A stretch of DNA of 64,000 bases from Sedimentisphaerales bacterium. GTDB lineage: Bacteria; Planctomycetota; Phycisphaerae; Sedimentisphaerales; SM23-30. Under the pieces are notes generated by a model. The model was not told the origin of the DNA. It was given only the letters and a program-made list of their open reading frames with translations, and ran no database searches. The stretch lies in assembly GCA_963666285.1 (NCBI GenBank), contig OY762711.1; one strand, 5' to 3'. The position numbers were made by a program, and so were the translations under genes. The stretch's first letter is position 1; the number at the start of each line of letters is the position of its first letter. Shown here one piece after another: positions 34,375 through 44,652 of the stretch.

Positions 34375-35532
34375 ATGAAATCAATTTTAATAATCTTGTT
34401 TATAATGGCTTTTGCTGTCAGTTATCCTTTAGCTCGAGTTGTAATTAATCAGCAGAAAGCTGGCATAGAAAATGACATTGCTGAAGAAAGAAAAAAGTCC
34501 TGGCAGCGTATTTTTGCTGATATCATAATGTTTTTACTAATCGCTTTTTCTTTTCTCCTGGTAATTGGTTCCATGGGAGCTTGGATTAATGCAAGAGGAA
34601 TGAATTCTTTTTCAACAGAACAATTTACTAATGGATTAATAGCGTACATGAATGAGCATGGTGGTAGCTATCCTGACTCAGAAAAGTGGTGCGATTTATT
34701 ATATGAATATGACTCTGGTGTTTTTCAGTATAATTTATTGCATGATAATGATACTGGTGATAATCTTACTCGTTTTATTCTAAACGATGAAGCTGTCAAA
34801 CTTGGTAAAGAAGCACCTTCTGATATGGTTATGCTTTTTCAAGGTGATCAGGGTTGGAATCAATCTGGTGGCCGGGAAATGATAAGTGATGAATACAATC
34901 ATCTTTATGTTGTGTTTGTTGATGGAAACTTCGATTATATTACAAATAAACAGGCCAAATTTCTGCGATGGAATATAAATGAACCTATAAATGATATTAA
35001 TCCAAACAAAATCATGTTGATAATTCCCGGTATTATCTTTGGTGTTTTATGTCTTTATATTATTTTTAACTTTCGATATTTAAAAGTTTCTGCCGATATT
35101 TTTAGTGTTATTATACCTGTTCCAGTGGTATTAGGAGCTGCTGGAGGTTTTGTCGCAGAAATTGCTTTTTATGCGACAACCCATGGTTATCCAAAACTGG
35201 TAGGGGTTTATTCCGGACTTATTTCAGCTCTGCTGCTAGCGATATGTTATATGTTGCATATTGTAAAAAACAAAGCAAAAGGCGAAGTAAAGTTTCATCT
35301 CTATCTACCTTGGGTCAGTGTCTTCACGGGTGTTCTATGCTCATCTCTTATCCATATGTATTTGATGTATAGTTATTATGTCAATGATTATTCTTACCTT
35401 ATTGTTGGATGTGGCTTCGGCTTTCTTGCCGGGTTGCTGGTATATATCTATCCTGATATCAATATCCTTAGACCACAGTATATCAAAAGCAGTTATAATG
35501 CCGAACGGGTAAGTTGTGAAGATGTTCAATAA
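34375..35532 (+). CDS. Hypothetical multi-pass membrane protein with a periplasmic domain resembling planctomycete DUF1559-associated regions
   Basis: Two N-terminal TMs, YMNEHGGSYPDSEKWCDLL and QGWNQSGG...VVFVDG, then about five TMs. Confidence 0.6.
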   Translation: MKSILIILFIMAFAVSYPLARVVINQQKAGIENDIAEERKKSWQRIFADIIMFLLIAFSFLLVIGSMGAWINARGMNSFSTEQFTNGLIAYMNEHGGSYPDSEKWCDLLYEYDSGVFQYNLLHDNDTGDNLTRFILNDEAVKLGKEAPSDMVMLFQGDQGWNQSGGREMISDEYNHLYVVFVDGNFDYITNKQAKFLRWNINEPINDINPNKIMLIIPGIIFGVLCLYIIFNFRYLKVSADIFSVIIPVPVVLGAAGGFVAEIAFYATTHGYPKLVGVYSGLISALLLAICYMLHIVKNKAKGEVKFHLYLPWVSVFTGVLCSSLIHMYLMYSYYVNDYSYLIVGCGFGFLAGLLVYIYPDINILRPQYIKSSYNAERVSCEDVQ

Positions 35533-35602
35533 GCACGCCCCCGACACACTGAAAGTCAAACTGCAAACATGTGTAGATTTGCCTTGGGAAGATTAGAATT
35601 CA

Positions 35603-36121
35603 ATGAAATATAATTTTGACAACATGACTATTTCGTCAATGAGAGTAGATACACAAAACGAGCTTAAACATATCTTAAGTACAAATAAATATAGTTTTTC
35701 AATCTCTGATAATGAATATGCGACTAAATACACATTACTCAAAGTCAGGATAGATTGTAAAGCACATGTTGTCATATATTGCGGATTATTTTATGGCGGT
35801 TATACCCCGTTTGAACCAATGGTCATAAACCATCCAAACAATAACCACATTTGGCTTGCCATGGATAGTGCTGTATACATTGTTTCTTTTGACAAGTTAA
35901 AGGTTATCAAAGAGATTTCTGTACCGTTATATTGGGACGTAGTTATTGGAAATAAATATCCTCTCATTGTTGTTCATGAGCAGGGGGCGACAGCTTTAGG
36001 TAATGATGGCAATATAATGTGGTCTGTCGAAGGCAAAGATAAGCTAAATCATTTTGAAGTAGATAACGGCAATATAAAACTGACTTTTGGCAATGGAGAT
36101 ACGAAAATTCATGATATCTGA
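35603..36121 (+). CDS. Hypothetical protein
   Basis: 172-aa AT-rich ORF, beta-rich; no family recognised. Confidence 0.55.
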   Translation: MKYNFDNMTISSMRVDTQNELKHILSTNKYSFSISDNEYATKYTLLKVRIDCKAHVVIYCGLFYGGYTPFEPMVINHPNNNHIWLAMDSAVYIVSFDKLKVIKEISVPLYWDVVIGNKYPLIVVHEQGATALGNDGNIMWSVEGKDKLNHFEVDNGNIKLTFGNGDTKIHDI

Positions 36122-36217
36122 ATGGCGTGTTGATTCTTTTTGACTGTGCTGTTCTACCTGTATAACCATAATTTAAAACGTTGTCTTTTATGTTTGACTT
36201 TTTATTTAATATCATAG

Positions 36218-38248
36218 TTACTCCTGCCGATTTTTGCCGTATACGGCATAGAACAGCTCGTGTACTACCTCTTTCATCTGTTCGGCCTGTGCCGACAATT
36301 GTTCTGCTGCTGAGGCACTTTGTTCTGAATTGGCCGCATTTGCCTGGGTCGATTTTTCTATCTCAAACATGGCATTTCTTATCTGCTCGATGCTGCTTGT
36401 CTGCTCCTGGCAGGAAGAGTCAACCTCGCCCAGCAGGTTTGCCACTTTTCCAACTGATTCTGATATCTCGGTCAGGTTATGGTTAACTTCCTGGCATATG
36501 GTTACACCATTAGTGGAATTTGCCACAGATTCCTCGATCATCTGCGAGGTGTTTTTTGCCGCTTCTGCCGATCTCATCGCCAGGTTGCGAACTTCCTCTG
36601 CAACTACGGCAAATCCTTTTCCGGCCTCTCCGGCACGCGCAGCTTCTACTGCCGCATTCAGTGCCAGCAGATTAGTTTGAAACGCTATTTCATCTATTAC
36701 CTTTATGATCTTGGAAGTCTCTTCTGATGAATTCTGGATTCTTGCTATTGCATTATTCATTTTCTCCATAGAATCCGTACCGTTTTTAGCTGTTAATGTT
36801 GTTGACCCTGCCAGGCTGTTTGCTCCCTGGGTATTATCTGCATTCTGCCTCACCATATCAGACATCTCCTGGATATTGGCGGTTGTTTCCTCCAGCACCG
36901 ATGCCTGCTCTGTCGCACTTTCTGCTAATTGCTGAGATGCCGTCGAAACCTGGCCGGCTGCAGCATCAACCTGTTCCGAACCAGCCTCAAGCGACTCGAT
37001 TACATTCAGCAATGGTTTCGCTATCCGGCGGGCAAGATATGATGATATTATACTGCTGGCAATAGCCAGTACTATCAATATTGTCAGGAACAGCTTGCTG
37101 ATTTCAGAAAATATCCCTTTTATTGAGTCAAAACTGGTCGCCATAACGGTATGAGTGTCAGAATAGTCATTCTCGTATCCTTCTACTGCTATTATCCAGT
37201 CCCATGGCTCGTAATATGATATCGCCGTCACTACGGTCTGCGGCTCTTCGCCACCTGTTTTTTGGCTGTTGTGAATCTGCCAGTCGATCGGAATTGTTGT
37301 CCCGGTATGACCTTTCATTGTTATTGCTTTATTTACTATTTCTTCAATATACTGGTTGCCTTCTGCATCGTTTTTGCTTAATGCATCTGTCCCATCATGC
37401 TGGCCGCCTTTAGATATAATATATTTTCCCTTCTGATTTCCTGACCCTCCTAACACATAAACATGACCGCTCTTACCTACTGTTATATCCGTTATGCCGT
37501 TTCTCAGGCTGTTAACATTTTCCTGCTTCACTCCGACATAGAGCATCCCGACCAGCTCGCCCGATTCATCCTTTATCGGTTCGTATGCTGTTATATACCA
37601 CGCATTAACCACATAGGCTCTGCTGCGGTATGTTTCACCTTTAAGTACCGTCGAAATAACAGGGTTCGTCGTTCCATCTGGATTAGTCGCTGGTATAAAA
37701 GTACCAACTGCTCTTTTCTCGTCCAGCTTCTTTACATTAGTGCATACTCGCAGCATGTCACCTGCTTTATTCATTCGCTGGAATATGGTACAGGTTCCGC
37801 CGACCAGCTCCTGGGTTTTATCAACTATTGGCGACCTGGTTGACATATCAGTATTTTGCCCGAGCCACGTGCTGCCTACCAGCATCTTTGGCAGCTCCGT
37901 TTTTGCCGCATTTTTCGTATACTGGTTCACCGCGTTCCAGCTGACGGTTTCATCCGATAATGACACTTTCCCGGTATTTACCATGAGATCACGTGCAACA
38001 TTGAGATCGTAATTAACTTTCTGCTGTACCGCTTCATGGCCGGCTCTGCACAAATAATAAACATCTTTTGCTATTATTGAGGTAGATTGTTTTGCCGATT
38101 CCTGTTTAAGCTGCTCGCTTTTAACTGTGCCTGAGTTTATCGCATTGTGAATATCTTTCATCTTCACTGTCAATATAAACACTAGGCATAAACATGCAAG
38201 TATTAGCGGGCAAACAGAGTTAAGTAGTATTTTTCGTTGTAAAGACAT
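36218..38248 (-). CDS. Methyl-accepting chemotaxis protein with Cache 3/Cache 2 fusion sensor
   Basis: [37 protein letters not shown]; signalling hairpin [40 protein letters not shown]. Confidence 0.93.
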   Translation of the reverse strand: MSLQRKILLNSVCPLILACLCLVFILTVKMKDIHNAINSGTVKSEQLKQESAKQSTSIIAKDVYYLCRAGHEAVQQKVNYDLNVARDLMVNTGKVSLSDETVSWNAVNQYTKNAAKTELPKMLVGSTWLGQNTDMSTRSPIVDKTQELVGGTCTIFQRMNKAGDMLRVCTNVKKLDEKRAVGTFIPATNPDGTTNPVISTVLKGETYRSRAYVVNAWYITAYEPIKDESGELVGMLYVGVKQENVNSLRNGITDITVGKSGHVYVLGGSGNQKGKYIISKGGQHDGTDALSKNDAEGNQYIEEIVNKAITMKGHTGTTIPIDWQIHNSQKTGGEEPQTVVTAISYYEPWDWIIAVEGYENDYSDTHTVMATSFDSIKGIFSEISKLFLTILIVLAIASSIISSYLARRIAKPLLNVIESLEAGSEQVDAAAGQVSTASQQLAESATEQASVLEETTANIQEMSDMVRQNADNTQGANSLAGSTTLTAKNGTDSMEKMNNAIARIQNSSEETSKIIKVIDEIAFQTNLLALNAAVEAARAGEAGKGFAVVAEEVRNLAMRSAEAAKNTSQMIEESVANSTNGVTICQEVNHNLTEISESVGKVANLLGEVDSSCQEQTSSIEQIRNAMFEIEKSTQANAANSEQSASAAEQLSAQAEQMKEVVHELFYAVYGKNRQE

Positions 38249-38842
38249 TTTGTACTCTCACTATTAAAAGGTGTATTAATAAAATAATTAGTAGCCTGGT
38301 ATAAAATGCGAAGCATGAACTGACTTCCAGTTCCTTGTCTTATATCGTTATAATTTCTTTGTACTTTTACAGGAATGCCGACTCAATAATCAGCTTGTTT
38401 TTTATATATTAAACCTATCCTTTTTGATTTCAATATCTTACTACTGTTTTATATTACATGTTTTTACTTATCTGCTTATATATTTCTTGATAAAGTATTT
38501 TTTATAGGACCTAAAATATAAGATGAAAACCAATTATATGCGGGGAATGCCTGTCCTCTTTTCAATCGAAAAGAAGTTACGCGGACAAGTGCATATACCT
38601 TCTAATCTGTTAAACTGAAAAAACTCGATAAGACTTGTTGTGACTGGAGCCAAGCAGCAGGCAGTTGTAAATTGAATGGGGTATCTATGCGTTAATCTTT
38701 CATCTGGAACAGACTCATTTCGCCCGTAGGGCAGGCTAATTCAGACGAAGGCAAATTATAATTATCCCGATTGTTGAGCGTAGCGAAATCCGGGTTCATC
38801 AGGAAGTCCTAACTTCGTTCATAGTATTTTTCTCTATACTTG

Positions 38843-41128
38843 TCATGTCCTGGCCGGCAGCCATACTGATATCGTTGTTCCGACTTCCGGTTTCGATTCA
38901 ACCTCAATTGCGCCATGATGGTTATTTACCACGATATTATAAACTATATCCATCCCCAGTCCCGTTCCTTCACCAGCCGGTTTGGTAGTAAACAGCGGCT
39001 CAAATACCTTATTCTTTACCTCTTCGCTCATCCCGCAGCCGTCATCCCGTATTTTAACTAATATGCCGTTATCTTTTGCGGTTACATCTATTGTCAGGGT
39101 GCCGCCATTTCCCATCGCATAAATGGAGTTTTGTATCAGGTTTGTCCATACCTGGTTGAGTTCATCCTGCGATCCTATTATCTCCGGAAGATCTCCGCCA
39201 TAATTCAGCTCAACGTTTATGAAATTCTTTGTTGAATTCTGGAATAGCAGCAATACATTATCCAGGCACATACGAATATCAACCGGCTTGAACGGCAGTT
39301 GCTTACCCTGGTCATCTGTATCTTTCCTGATATACTGCTTCAGGGCATTTACTATCTTAGATGCCTTACTTACCGCAATTGCGATTGTGTCGCATGCTGT
39401 AATTGAATTAATTATTTCTGATAATATTCCCAGCTTTTCCAGGACATCTTCATGCCGCAGGGCAGGAACCAGCGGCTCTATATTATCGTAGATCTTCATA
39501 CTTATCAGTTTATTACTTATCTCGTATGCATTTGGCACATTAAACTTTTCGAGTGTAGCTGTTATCTCTTCGCAGAGCTTTCTTCTCTCTCTTGTTGTAA
39601 GGGTCACACTGCTGGCACAGCTGCTGAAGCTCTTTTCAAGTATTCTGCCAAATTGCACGCCAAAAGGAGATTTCAGAAATCCTGCCAGTTTATCAATATT
39701 CACAGTTATCTTTTGTAAGTTATTCAGCAAAATTTCATTCGAAGCATCTATCGCTCCCAGCGGGTTATTAATCTCATGTGCTATCCCGGATATCAAATGT
39801 CTCAACGCTCCCATCTTCTCAAATAATATCAGCTGACTTTGTGTCTTCTGTAAGATTGAAAGTGTTTCTTCCAGCTCGTTTGTCCTGTCTTTTACCAGCT
39901 GCTCCAGGTTCTCTCTGTATTTCGTAAGCTCGGCTTCGGCTTCCTTAAACGCTGTTATATCCTGCAGTGTGCCGTTTATTGCCGTACATACGCCGTTTAC
40001 CATGGTTCGCTGACCGATCGCTCTGCACCATTTTACATTACCTTTTTGGGTGGTAAATTGTGCTTCATATTCCATCTGCCCGCCGTTTTCTATCAGGTCA
40101 TTAATCTTTTTAGCTACAAAATCTCTGTACTCCGGCAGATAGTATTGAATATGGTCATTAGACCCGGGTATCGACTGGTCGTATTCAAATTCTGCAATAT
40201 CATATACTCCCTTGGTCCAACTGGACCTGCCTGTAACCATATCAATTTCCCAGCCGCCGATCTTGGCTATCTTACCTACGGCATTAAGAAGCAGCTCTGC
40301 CTGCTTTCTTTTGGTGATATCTGTGTGAGTACCAAGTATTCTTACCGGGCTGCCGGTACCGTCTTTCTCGACTATCATCCCTCTCACCAGTATCCAGGCA
40401 TACGTTCCGTCCTTGCGACGCATCTCAAATTCATAATTCCACCTGGCATTCGCATTGATCGCTTCCCAGACGCCTTTTTCAACATAATCTCGATTTTCGG
40501 GACGAAGCAGGCTTATCCATGTGTCATATGTATGCGGCAATTCGTCCGGTTCATAACCTAGCATTGTAAACCATCTGTCGCTATATGTGATCTTTTGCTC
40601 TTTTACATTGAAATCAAAAAAACCATCGTTAGATGCTTTCAGTACCAGCCTGTGTTGCAGGGTTATTTCTCTAAGGTTATTTTCTGTTTCTTTTCTTTCT
40701 TTTATTTCTTCAAGCAGTTGCAGGGTACGCTGGTCAAGGCTCTGTTCTATACTTTCCTGGTGTTTCTGGTTTAGTCTCCTTTGATATCTTTCTTCCAGGA
40801 TTACACCGACAGCAAAGAAAAAGTTGTTAATATAATCCTGGTATGGTGAAAATTTGTCATGATCATCAATTTTCAGCAAAAACACTCCGTGGTCTTTTTC
40901 CTGGACTGATAGCGGAAATCTTACCATGTTTTCAGGAGTTATCTCTGTCTGGTGTGATTGATAGTCGCATTCGCCTATTCCCGGCAAATCGGTTATACCT
41001 TTGTTCACAAAGTTTATAATGGAATCTTTTGTCGGCAGGTTATATAGAACGCTCTGCATGAGAAGCAGCTGGCCCAGCCACTTCGCTTCAAGTTTTATCT
41101 CTGTATCGCTGTTAGTTTCAATAGACAT
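38843..41128 (-). CDS. Cytoplasmic PAS/PAC sensor histidine kinase
   Basis: Two PAS_3/PAC domains; H-box GIAHEINNPL; N-box LNQVWTNLIQN; DDGCGM, FEPLFTTK, GTGLG. Confidence 0.92.
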   Translation of the reverse strand: MSIETNSDTEIKLEAKWLGQLLLMQSVLYNLPTKDSIINFVNKGITDLPGIGECDYQSHQTEITPENMVRFPLSVQEKDHGVFLLKIDDHDKFSPYQDYINNFFFAVGVILEERYQRRLNQKHQESIEQSLDQRTLQLLEEIKERKETENNLREITLQHRLVLKASNDGFFDFNVKEQKITYSDRWFTMLGYEPDELPHTYDTWISLLRPENRDYVEKGVWEAINANARWNYEFEMRRKDGTYAWILVRGMIVEKDGTGSPVRILGTHTDITKRKQAELLLNAVGKIAKIGGWEIDMVTGRSSWTKGVYDIAEFEYDQSIPGSNDHIQYYLPEYRDFVAKKINDLIENGGQMEYEAQFTTQKGNVKWCRAIGQRTMVNGVCTAINGTLQDITAFKEAEAELTKYRENLEQLVKDRTNELEETLSILQKTQSQLILFEKMGALRHLISGIAHEINNPLGAIDASNEILLNNLQKITVNIDKLAGFLKSPFGVQFGRILEKSFSSCASSVTLTTRERRKLCEEITATLEKFNVPNAYEISNKLISMKIYDNIEPLVPALRHEDVLEKLGILSEIINSITACDTIAIAVSKASKIVNALKQYIRKDTDDQGKQLPFKPVDIRMCLDNVLLLFQNSTKNFINVELNYGGDLPEIIGSQDELNQVWTNLIQNSIYAMGNGGTLTIDVTAKDNGILVKIRDDGCGMSEEVKNKVFEPLFTTKPAGEGTGLGMDIVYNIVVNNHHGAIEVESKPEVGTTISVWLPART

Positions 41129-41757
41129 TATGCCTTACCAATTTCCTTTAGGTATTCTTCCGGTTTCATATAGAATGGATTTGAGACAACCCGTCCTTTT
41201 ATTATCATAAATGGGTGGACTTTCAGGATGTCCATAACCAATGCGCCGTCAAATGTGTTCGCGTCATACTGACATACCGCGGTTACCGGGCATCTCTTCA
41301 GTAGCATACTTACTTTCGATTCATATTCCAGCAGCCGTTCTCCGCCTTTTATATGTTGTATTTCCGTTGTCATTTCTCCAATTACTCTGGCGCCGCTAAA
41401 ATTCATTTCCTGGCTTTCTTTATGAAATTTCTCCAGCAGGTTAAGCATTCTGTCCGGCTCGAAGCAGTCATGGTCGAAATAGACATCTCCTGTTCTTGCA
41501 TGAACCAGCCTGCCTTGTTCCTTTACTTCCTCCAGCGATATTCCATATTGTTCCAGGTAGTAAGAAAAAATCTTATCGTTGACCTTTTCTGAGAAACAGC
41601 TTACCCGTTCGCCTGATTTCAGACCTGAATATACAAACTGCAGCAATGCTTCTTCGCGTTCCTCATCACTGTTGAATATCTGGCATGCATGTACGCCCGG
41701 CCGAAACTTCTGGTCGGTAAAACCCAGATTGATGTTATGATCACATGTTTGAGCCAT
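41128..41757 (-). CDS. Standalone MEDS (DcmR-type sensory) domain protein
   Basis: GVHACQIF...GLKSGE, GARVIGEM, LLEYESKV, AVCQYDANTF, ILKVHP, NPFY. TAATG overlap with the kinase gene. Confidence 0.85.
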   Translation of the reverse strand: MAQTCDHNINLGFTDQKFRPGVHACQIFNSDEEREEALLQFVYSGLKSGERVSCFSEKVNDKIFSYYLEQYGISLEEVKEQGRLVHARTGDVYFDHDCFEPDRMLNLLEKFHKESQEMNFSGARVIGEMTTEIQHIKGGERLLEYESKVSMLLKRCPVTAVCQYDANTFDGALVMDILKVHPFMIIKGRVVSNPFYMKPEEYLKEIGKA

Positions 41758-42244
41758 TTGTTTCCCCAATATCTGTTTTTTTTGCTAATGCGTACATTTT
41801 TATAATCGCCATTATTCTAATACTAAATTACCTGTATGAAGCAATATTTACTGAATTTTGGGTAACTCAATGTAATTACTAGATTTATATGTGCTAGCAA
41901 GAACATGCTGCACAAAGACAAAACAAGAATGTCTAACAAAAGTATATATCTTTATCTCTTCAGATGCAAGCCTGTAGAATAATATCAATGATTTGTGAAT
42001 GTTCGGGTTTACTAAAGAATTATCTTAAAGTTGGTTCAAATATGAATTGCATGTGCAAAGTATATCTATTCTGATATTATGAATGATTGGAGTCTAAACT
42101 TTCTATGTTAAGATATTGTCATCTATTATTAGATTGATAACTATCAATCATACTGGCTCATTCCAAATCGCATGTTTTTCCCTGATTTCTCCAGGTGCAA
42201 TTCGTCTTCAGGCAAAGTTTGGTCAGATCCGGGTAAGGCCAATA

Positions 42245-42278
42245 AAAAAAGCCCCATCCAACTTAATGAACGGGGCTT
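42245..42278 (-). terminator. Rho-independent terminator of the hydrogenase operon
   Basis: AAGCCCC...GGGGCTT hairpin with an A7 run on + (T run on -), about 100 nt past the last gene. Confidence 0.7.
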
Positions 42279-42377
42279 ATATATTCTAAAGTTCAGCCGG
42301 GCAGACTATTTGCGGTTTCGAATATACCGCCCGTTAATCTTTCCAGTTGAATTCATCTCCGGGAGAAGCGAGGCTGG

Positions 42378-42743
42378 TTAGGCAAAAATCTTATTTAACT
42401 CTGCCTTAACCTGCTCGTAACGTACCGGCTTGATCAGGATCGTATCAGCTTTAGTCCAGCTCTGCTCTTCATCTGTCATAGAGTCAAACTCGATACAGCT
42501 TGTCATTATGACATGTGTATCTGCACTCTTCTGCTTGATATGATAAGCCAGTGTAAAGCCTGAATCAGCATGTTCCATCTTCAGGCTGAGAATAGCTACG
42601 TCAAAAACCTGCTGAGCCAGCTTAGCGTCTGCATCGGCTCTGTTCTCGGCAGTTACAACTTTATAACCGTCGGCGACCAGTTTCGGCTCTGTTTCAGCTA
42701 CGAACTGAGTATCGCAATCGACTAGTAATATTGTCTTACTCAT
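42378..42743 (-). CDS. Single-domain receiver (CheY-like), atypical: phosphoacceptor Asp replaced
   Basis: Receiver fold pattern ILLVDCD...FDVAILSLKME...SGF...IKP. Ser is at the position of the conserved Asp. Confidence 0.75.
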   Translation of the reverse strand: MSKTILLVDCDTQFVAETEPKLVADGYKVVTAENRADADAKLAQQVFDVAILSLKMEHADSGFTLAYHIKQKSADTHVIMTSCIEFDSMTDEEQSWTKADTILIKPVRYEQVKAELNKIFA

Positions 42744-42800
42744 TTATTTTATTCCTTATTTTTAAGAATTTACTTTTATTTAGTTCTTTTTCTTGCTGTC

Positions 42801-44519
42801 TTATTTAATTGTCTCACGTTTGGCGTAGTGTGTATGCAGCAGGTGATGACTCTTCTCGCTGAGCGGCTCGCCCAGGAAGTCTTTATAAAGCTGCATAACT
42901 TCTTCGTTCTTATGAGATACTCGCAGCTCGCTTGCGCCATCCAGGTCATACAGGCAGCTCATACGCACAAGAGCTGCTTCTTTGTCTGTATTATACGGCT
43001 GACCGCCACCGGCGATACATCCGCCCGGACAGGTCATAACTTCTATAAAGTGATACTGCTTTTCACCGCTCTTGACTTTTTCCAGCAGTGTCCGTGCACT
43101 CTGTAGGCTGCTTGCTACTGCTACGTTAACGTCAAGGTCGCCGATTTTAACCGTAGCTTCCTTTACGCTGTCCATGCCGCGAAGAGGCTCGATATTCAGC
43201 TCTTCCAGTTCGTTACCGGTTATCAGGAAGTATGCCGAACGTACTGCAGCTTCCATTACACCACCGGTCGCACCAAACAGCTTACCGGCTGTTGATCTTT
43301 CGCCAAATGGAGAGTCAGCTTTTTCAGCCTCGATCTTGTTCATGTCCAGGTTATACATGCGTATCAGGCGGCCCAGCTCACGGGTAGTCAATACCGCGTC
43401 AACATCAGGCACACCATCCGGGCACATTTCCGGTCTCTGGCATTCAAACTTCTTGGCAGTACACGGCATGATAGATACACTAAAGATCTTTTTAGGATCA
43501 AGCTCATTCTTCTGGGCAAAGTAGCTCTTGATTATTGCACCCATCATCTGCTGAGGGCTCTTACAGCTAGACACATTATCGATCATTTCAGGGTAGAACT
43601 GTTCAACGAACTTAATCCATCCCGGTGAACAGCTTGTCAGCTGAGGCAGGGCACCGCCGTTCTTAATACGGTGTACCAGCTCTGAACCTTCTTCCATAAT
43701 GGTCAGGTCAGCGGTAAAACTTGTGTCAAATACATAGTCAAAACCTAAACGGCGGAACGCAGCTGTCATTATACCGCAGATATCCTGTCCCGCAGGCATG
43801 TTAAATTCTTCTGCCAGGGTTACTGATACCGCTGGGGCATGCTGAACCACAACTGTCATCTCAGGATCGTTCAGGGCATCTACTACCTGTTTGATATGGC
43901 TCTGCTCACGCAACGCTCCGGTAGGACATACCAGGATACACTGACCGCAGTTAATACAGCTCGATACATTCAAACCTTCATCAAACGCACAGCCGATATG
44001 AGCCTTGCTGCCGCGGTCGATAAAATCTAGAGCACTTACTGTCTGAACTTCTTCACAAACTCTTACACAGCGACCGCAAAGAATACATTTTTCCGGGTCA
44101 CGTACAATTGATAGACTCGATGTATCTTCCGGGTACTTGCTCTTTTCACCGCAGAATCGACGTTCGCGAACACCGTATTCTTCTGCCAGGGTCTGCAGCT
44201 CGCAGTTCCTGTTACGCACGCAGTACAGACAGTCGTCAGGATGGTCTGCCAGCAGCAGCTCGATAATGGTCTTACGAGCTCTTACCACGCGTGGGGTATG
44301 TGTCTTTATCTTCATTCCCTCGTTTACAGGGAACGCACATGATGGGGTCAAGCCGCGACCGCCTTCTACCTCTACCACACACATACGGCATGCTCCGCTT
44401 GGGAACCTGTCTGCCATATGGCATAGTGTCGGAATATTGATACCTGCATCACGAGCCGCCTCCAGGATTGTCTGGCCCGGCTTGGCTTCTACAGTTTGAT
44501 TGTTGATTTCTATTTTCAC
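42801..44519 (-). CDS. hydA: Group A [FeFe]-hydrogenase catalytic subunit (HydA/HndD)
   Basis: H-cluster motifs TSCSPGW, MPCTAKKFE, EVMTCPGGCIAGGGQP; N-terminal 2Fe-2S, HxxxCxxC and 2x[4Fe-4S] motifs; GTG start. Confidence 0.96.
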   Translation of the reverse strand: MKIEINNQTVEAKPGQTILEAARDAGINIPTLCHMADRFPSGACRMCVVEVEGGRGLTPSCAFPVNEGMKIKTHTPRVVRARKTIIELLLADHPDDCLYCVRNRNCELQTLAEEYGVRERRFCGEKSKYPEDTSSLSIVRDPEKCILCGRCVRVCEEVQTVSALDFIDRGSKAHIGCAFDEGLNVSSCINCGQCILVCPTGALREQSHIKQVVDALNDPEMTVVVQHAPAVSVTLAEEFNMPAGQDICGIMTAAFRRLGFDYVFDTSFTADLTIMEEGSELVHRIKNGGALPQLTSCSPGWIKFVEQFYPEMIDNVSSCKSPQQMMGAIIKSYFAQKNELDPKKIFSVSIMPCTAKKFECQRPEMCPDGVPDVDAVLTTRELGRLIRMYNLDMNKIEAEKADSPFGERSTAGKLFGATGGVMEAAVRSAYFLITGNELEELNIEPLRGMDSVKEATVKIGDLDVNVAVASSLQSARTLLEKVKSGEKQYHFIEVMTCPGGCIAGGGQPYNTDKEAALVRMSCLYDLDGASELRVSHKNEEVMQLYKDFLGEPLSEKSHHLLHTHYAKRETIK

Positions 44520-44652
44520 GATTATTTACCTCTATTTATTATGTTTATTTTGGTAACTTGTTAGCTCAGGCAATTTTTTAATCTCCGCTAAAAGCGTTAA
44601 TTCTGGCATGTGCGATATCAAATGTCCGCCCTTATGCCTTAATGCCTGTCCT

